Origin: Treponema sp.
GTDB lineage: Bacteria > Spirochaetota > Spirochaetia > Treponematales > Breznakiellaceae
Direction: 5' to 3'
Length of the DNA stretch: 64,000 bases
Assembly: GCA_009782495.1 (NCBI GenBank)
Contig: WRIX01000001.1
Location: forward strand, 4,583-68,582
Shown here: piece after piece, positions 62,236 through 64,000 of the stretch
Position numbering within the stretch: the first letter of the stretch is position 1
Layout: each line of letters starts with the position of its first letter
Notes under the pieces: generated by a model
Told to the model about the DNA's origin: nothing
The model's input: only the letters and a program-made list of their open reading frames with translations
Database searches by the model: none
Position numbers and translations under genes: made by a program

Positions 62236-63607
62236 CCCCCTGAAAGAAAATGTTCTGTGCGCACATCGGGATAAAACGCCCGTCTGTTTGCGGGTAAGGG
62301 TTGCAGCATTTAATAAGGCGGCCAAAATCCAGAGTATCTGCGTCCATAAAATCGTGAATAAAAATGCCTTTCATTGATTCGGCCCCAAGGGAAAATATTT
62401 TTTGCGGTGTCAGATTGCAGCGTGAAGCTTCGCGCAGGACTTCCTGAATGCGGCGCAATGCCTGTTCTCCAAGCGAATTTGCATCGGCCAGAGACCAGAC
62501 ATCGTAAAGGCGGTTGCGAATGGCTTCAAACCCTGCGCTGTCCAGTCCGGGCAGGGTTTTATTGGCAATCAGTTCAAGGTAAGGTTCATCGCCAAGAAAT
62601 TCCTTTAAACTTAAATAACGGTTACCGCCAAGAATAAAATAATACGCCAGTGCAAAACAGGAAAAATGAGAACATGGCAGGGGGTTAAAATCACCTTTTT
62701 TGACATGGGGGGATTGTTCAATTGCATGTACTACATCGGGTACCGTTAGCCGCATAGATGCGTCAAGCTGCAGAGCTTCTCCGGTAAAGACAATGGGCTG
62801 AAACATCAGGCTGACAGCTTTTGAGTTAAAAAAGAAATCAACTATATCAACTATCTCGGAGCAGCCTTCTCCTGCATTAATCCCGTTGGCTAACGTTGCA
62901 ACAAGCGAATAACGAATGTCTTCTTCTTCAAAAAGGCGGATGATCTGCTGTTTTTCTTCGGCAAGGTTTTTTCCGCGCAATGTTTCATAGGTGTACGGTT
63001 TAAAGCCGTCGAATTGCAGGGCGGCAATAGCACCCGTTTGTTTAAATTGCCTGCGGAACTGCGGCGATTTTAAAAAAACAAGTCCGTTTGTGGACACCGT
63101 TGTCTGCGTAATCCCCTTGTCCCGGGCAATGTTTAAAAAATGAATAAGCCCGGGGTGTACTGCCGGTTCGCCTCCGCTGATATTCAATACATCAACCCGC
63201 CCTTCGCAGCGAATAAGCGTGTCAATAATACCGGAAAAATCTTCCTTGTTCATGTTAAAAGAATTTTTAAATTTTTTTAGGCATACCGGACAGTTCAGAT
63301 CACATTCTGAAGTAATTTCGACAACCGGCAGACAGGTATGCTGCTGGTGCTGGGGGCAAAAACCGCAGGATTCAGGGCAGCCATAAAACTCCTTTACATT
63401 AATGTCCAGCGGTATTTGGCGCGGCTTGACATAACGCTGGCTGTTGGTATACCACTGTACATCCGAATAAATCAATACTTTGGACAGCCCATGCTGCAGG
63501 CAGGATTTTTCCAGATAAACCCGGCTTTCCTGTTCAATAACTCTGGCTTGTACTTTGGATTTGCAAACAGGGCAGAGCGCTTGAGTATGGTTAAATATCC
63601 GCTGCAT
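62222..63607 (-). CDS. Radical SAM protein with N-terminal zinc-ribbon (COG1964-like architecture)
   Basis: CPVCKSKV...SCLQHG ribbon. CDLNCPVC is the CxxxCxxC motif. GGEPAVHP follows. ATG 63607 overlaps the upstream gene by 17 nt. Confidence 0.8.
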   Translation of the reverse strand: MQRIFNHTQALCPVCKSKVQARVIEQESRVYLEKSCLQHGLSKVLIYSDVQWYTNSQRYVKPRQIPLDINVKEFYGCPESCGFCPQHQQHTCLPVVEITSECDLNCPVCLKKFKNSFNMNKEDFSGIIDTLIRCEGRVDVLNISGGEPAVHPGLIHFLNIARDKGITQTTVSTNGLVFLKSPQFRRQFKQTGAIAALQFDGFKPYTYETLRGKNLAEEKQQIIRLFEEEDIRYSLVATLANGINAGEGCSEIVDIVDFFFNSKAVSLMFQPIVFTGEALQLDASMRLTVPDVVHAIEQSPHVKKGDFNPLPCSHFSCFALAYYFILGGNRYLSLKEFLGDEPYLELIANKTLPGLDSAGFEAIRNRLYDVWSLADANSLGEQALRRIQEVLREASRCNLTPQKIFSLGAESMKGIFIHDFMDADTLDFGRLIKCCNPYPQTDGRFIPMCAQNIFFQGDAGA

Positions 63608-64000
63608 GACTTTCTTTTTCTTTTCTATAAACATCAACCAATGCCCGGTTAAGCAACACAACACTGTCCTGAAAATAGTTTTTCGGAACATCTTTATAAA
63701 CAATACAGTTGGAAGCTACCTGGGCATTTTCCCCGATATTCACGCCGCCGCGGATTATGCTGAACCCGCCGATAACAGCTCCGCTCCCGATGCTGATACG
63801 TCCGGCTGTATACTTATCACCGGAAAATTCGTGGGTAAACAAATGCGCCCCCCAGCCAATAATTGCATAGTCGCCGATGTTTATAAGGCCGGGAAAATGC
63901 GGATCCAAAATTACACCGGGCGAAATAAAAGCGCCTTTGCCAATCTTTATGCCAATAGATCGATATAAAAAAACTTTGATCGGAGAGAAATCAATAAAAT
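63591..64000 (-). CDS. Left-handed beta-helix (hexapeptide repeat) acyltransferase, 5' end outside the window
   Basis: IGIKIGKGAFISPGVILDP...INIGDYAIIGWGAHL...ISIGSGAVIGGFSIIRGGVNIGENAQVASNCIV. The reading frame stays open to position 64000. Confidence 0.75.
   Translation of the reverse strand, partial: FIDFSPIKVFLYRSIGIKIGKGAFISPGVILDPHFPGLINIGDYAIIGWGAHLFTHEFSGDKYTAGRISIGSGAVIGGFSIIRGGVNIGENAQVASNCIVYKDVPKNYFQDSVVLLNRALVDVYRKEKESHAADI

Overview
64 kb of bacterial chromosome with about 60 protein genes, one tRNA, no rRNA, no CRISPR array and no recognisable transposase or integrase. Gene content (many lipoproteins, an MCP, sigma-28- and sigma-54-type promoters, TrpB2, NYN-CSD, CHASE2 cyclase) suggests a motile anaerobe, possibly a spirochaete; this is inference only.

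Layout:
- 1-3029: strongly AT-rich island (judged by eye) carrying a DUF4160/DUF2442 pair, a T5orf172-like::EcoRI-family adenine methyltransferase fusion and a weakly DinB-like ORF. It abuts the core gene rsmE with zero intergenic bases.
- 3-21 kb: housekeeping and envelope genes. These include an aminopeptidase, DUF1538 plus a P-II-like gene, metK, tRNA-Arg, an ECF sigma/anti-sigma operon, prmC, an acyltransferase, a GH16-like gene, ptsI and der.
- 21-34 kb: ascorbate-type PTS IIC/IIB, TrpB2, a cNMP-binding kinase-like protein, a large M16 peptidase, a DHH phosphoesterase and a tryptophanase/TPL-family lyase.
- 34-42 kb: orphan Phd/YefM antitoxin with a VapC stub, MCP, gpsA, a 750-nt ORF-free region, an aminotransferase and infA.
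- 42-53.5 kb: AraC-controlled L-rhamnose uptake and catabolism cluster.
- 53.5-64 kb: PHP, CHASE2-cyclase, M48 and SH3b operon, a ptb-like gene, hsp20, then an overlapping acyltransferase / radical-SAM / ICMT-methyltransferase cassette cut by the window end.

Most notable non-standard signals:
1. Two tandem, long, almost fully self-complementary elements (180 and 278 nt). They share 14-nt terminal inverted repeats and sit in units bounded by an AAAACYTTAAY 11-mer (39.0-39.7 kb).
2. A roughly 66-84 nt two-hairpin repeat present three times. Two copies are whole intercistronic spacers that supply a hairpin-embedded Shine-Dalgarno just before the next ATG. The third is a 66-nt in-frame insertion inside ptsI.
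3. The AT-rich methyltransferase-fusion island.
4. The radical-SAM cassette.
5. Perfect tandem duplications: 123 bp in-frame in the M16 peptidase, and 44 bp x3 at the trpB2 3' end.
6. Several operator- or promoter-like symmetric sites.

All calls come from reading the sequence and the ORF track. No searches or computations were run.
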